A DNA stretch of 64,000 nucleotides. It comes from Mizuhopecten yessoensis (Eukaryota). The stretch lies in the NCBI RefSeq assembly GCF_002113885.1, contig NW_018404125.1, positions 222,051 through 286,050 on the forward strand, given 5' to 3'. The translations under genes were made by a program, and so were the position numbers. Shown here piece by piece: positions 62,901 through 64,000 of the stretch. Every line of letters begins with the position of its first letter. Within the stretch, counting starts at the first letter, position 1. The notes beneath the pieces are model-generated. The model had not been told where the DNA came from, made no database searches, and worked only from the letters and a program-made list of their open reading frames with translations.

Positions 62901-64000
62901 TGTCAATTAGGTAAGGAGTGGTCTCACAATCATTGTACACATTTGTCACTTAGGTCTGGTGTGGTCTCACAATCATTGGACGCCCTTGTTACGTAGGTCT
63001 TGGGTGGTCGCACAATCATTTTCTGGAGTGGTCTCACAATCATTAGACACCTTTGTCACTTAGGTCAGGAGTGGTCTCACAATCATTGGAAACTCTTGTC
63101 ACTTAGGTCTGGAGTGTCACTTAGGTCTGGAGTGGTGTGACAATCATTTTACACCGTTGTCACCTAGGTCTTGGGTGGTCTTACGATCATTGGACACCTT
63201 TGTCACCTAGGTCTTTGGTGGTCTTACAATCATTTGACACCTTTGTCAATTAGGTCAGGAGTGGTCTCACAATCATTGCACACCCTTGTTACTTAGGTCT
63301 GGAGTGGTCTCACAATCATTGGACACCCTTGTTACGTAGGTCTTGGGTGGTCTCACAATCATTTGACACCTTTGTCACCTAGGTCTTGGGTGGTCTTACA
63401 ATCATTGGACACCTTTGTCAATTAGGTCAGGAGTGGTCTCACAATCATTGGACACCCTTGTTACTTAGGTCTGGAGTGGTCTCACAATCATTTGACACCC
63501 TTGTTACGTAGGTCTTGGGTGGTCTCACGGGAGTGGTCTCACAATCATTGGACACTCTTGTCACTTAGGTCTGGAGTGGTCTCACAATCATTAGACACCT
63601 TTGTCACTTAGGTCTGGAGTGGTCTCACAATCATTGGACACATTTTCCACTTATGTCTGGGGTGGTAATCGTTGAACACCTTTGTCACTTAGGTCTGGAG
63701 TGGTCTCACGATCATTGGACACCTTTGTCACATCGGTCTTGTTTGGCTTTATCCTAGTTGTTCTGTGACCAAGATATCAGCGGACATCCTTGTTACATGA
63801 TCTTAGCTGAAGAGTGGTCTCATAATCATTGGATACCTTTGTCACATGAAATTAGCTATTGTGTCGCAAAAACATCAGTGGACACCTTTGTCACTAAGTA
63901 TGGAGTGGTCTCACCACCATTGGACATCCTTGTCACGTGACCCTAGCTGTGGTTTGGCCCAAACATAATTGGTCGCACAATCATTAGACACCTTTGTCAC
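59983..64000. repeat. 43-bp satellite, roughly 85-90 copies, two interspersed subtypes, degenerating after ~63730
   Basis: Units cacctttgtcacttaggtctggagtggtctcacaatcattgga and cacctttgtcacctaggtcttgggtggtcttacaatcatttga. Confidence 0.97.

Noticed and set aside
59983-64000. CRISPR-like appearance of regular repeats (also the other arrays)
   Set aside because: Units are head-to-tail with no unique spacers, no cas genes, and the context is eukaryotic.

Overview
AT-rich, intron-containing eukaryotic DNA, most likely a bivalve mollusc (inferred from a Pif/BMSP-type shell-matrix gene and typical molluscan repeats). Three spliced protein genes were reconstructed by hand from GT-AG junctions and frame continuity. 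(1) The 5' part of NOSIP (minus strand, coding exons 2247-2125 and 1697-1645, continuing off the left edge). (2) A complete 4-exon HIKESHI/OPI10 gene (plus strand, 4805-17300, 197 aa), head-to-head with NOSIP. (3) A secreted ~1550-aa Pif/BMSP-like protein with 11 coding exons (minus strand, 45692-30743): signal peptide, acidic Ser/Asp-rich repeats, degenerate vWA, Pro/Thr/Arg linker, three chitin-binding-type Cys modules and LamG. The rest is decayed mobile DNA: CR1/L2-type and RTE-X-like LINEs (one with a 2A/StopGo motif), a Tc1 transposon, Penelope-like remnants with hammerhead motifs, SINEs and MITEs. There are also about 16 mutually unrelated tandem arrays covering roughly 14-15 kb. The most striking pattern is that several arrays are built from a functional junction. 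In both NOSIP and HIKESHI the repeat unit is the exon 3' end plus the 5' splice site (11 and 53 copies). A third array is a MITE terminus plus its flank, and a fourth starts at the Pif-like stop codon. Coordinates were counted by eye and repeat/TE borders are approximate.
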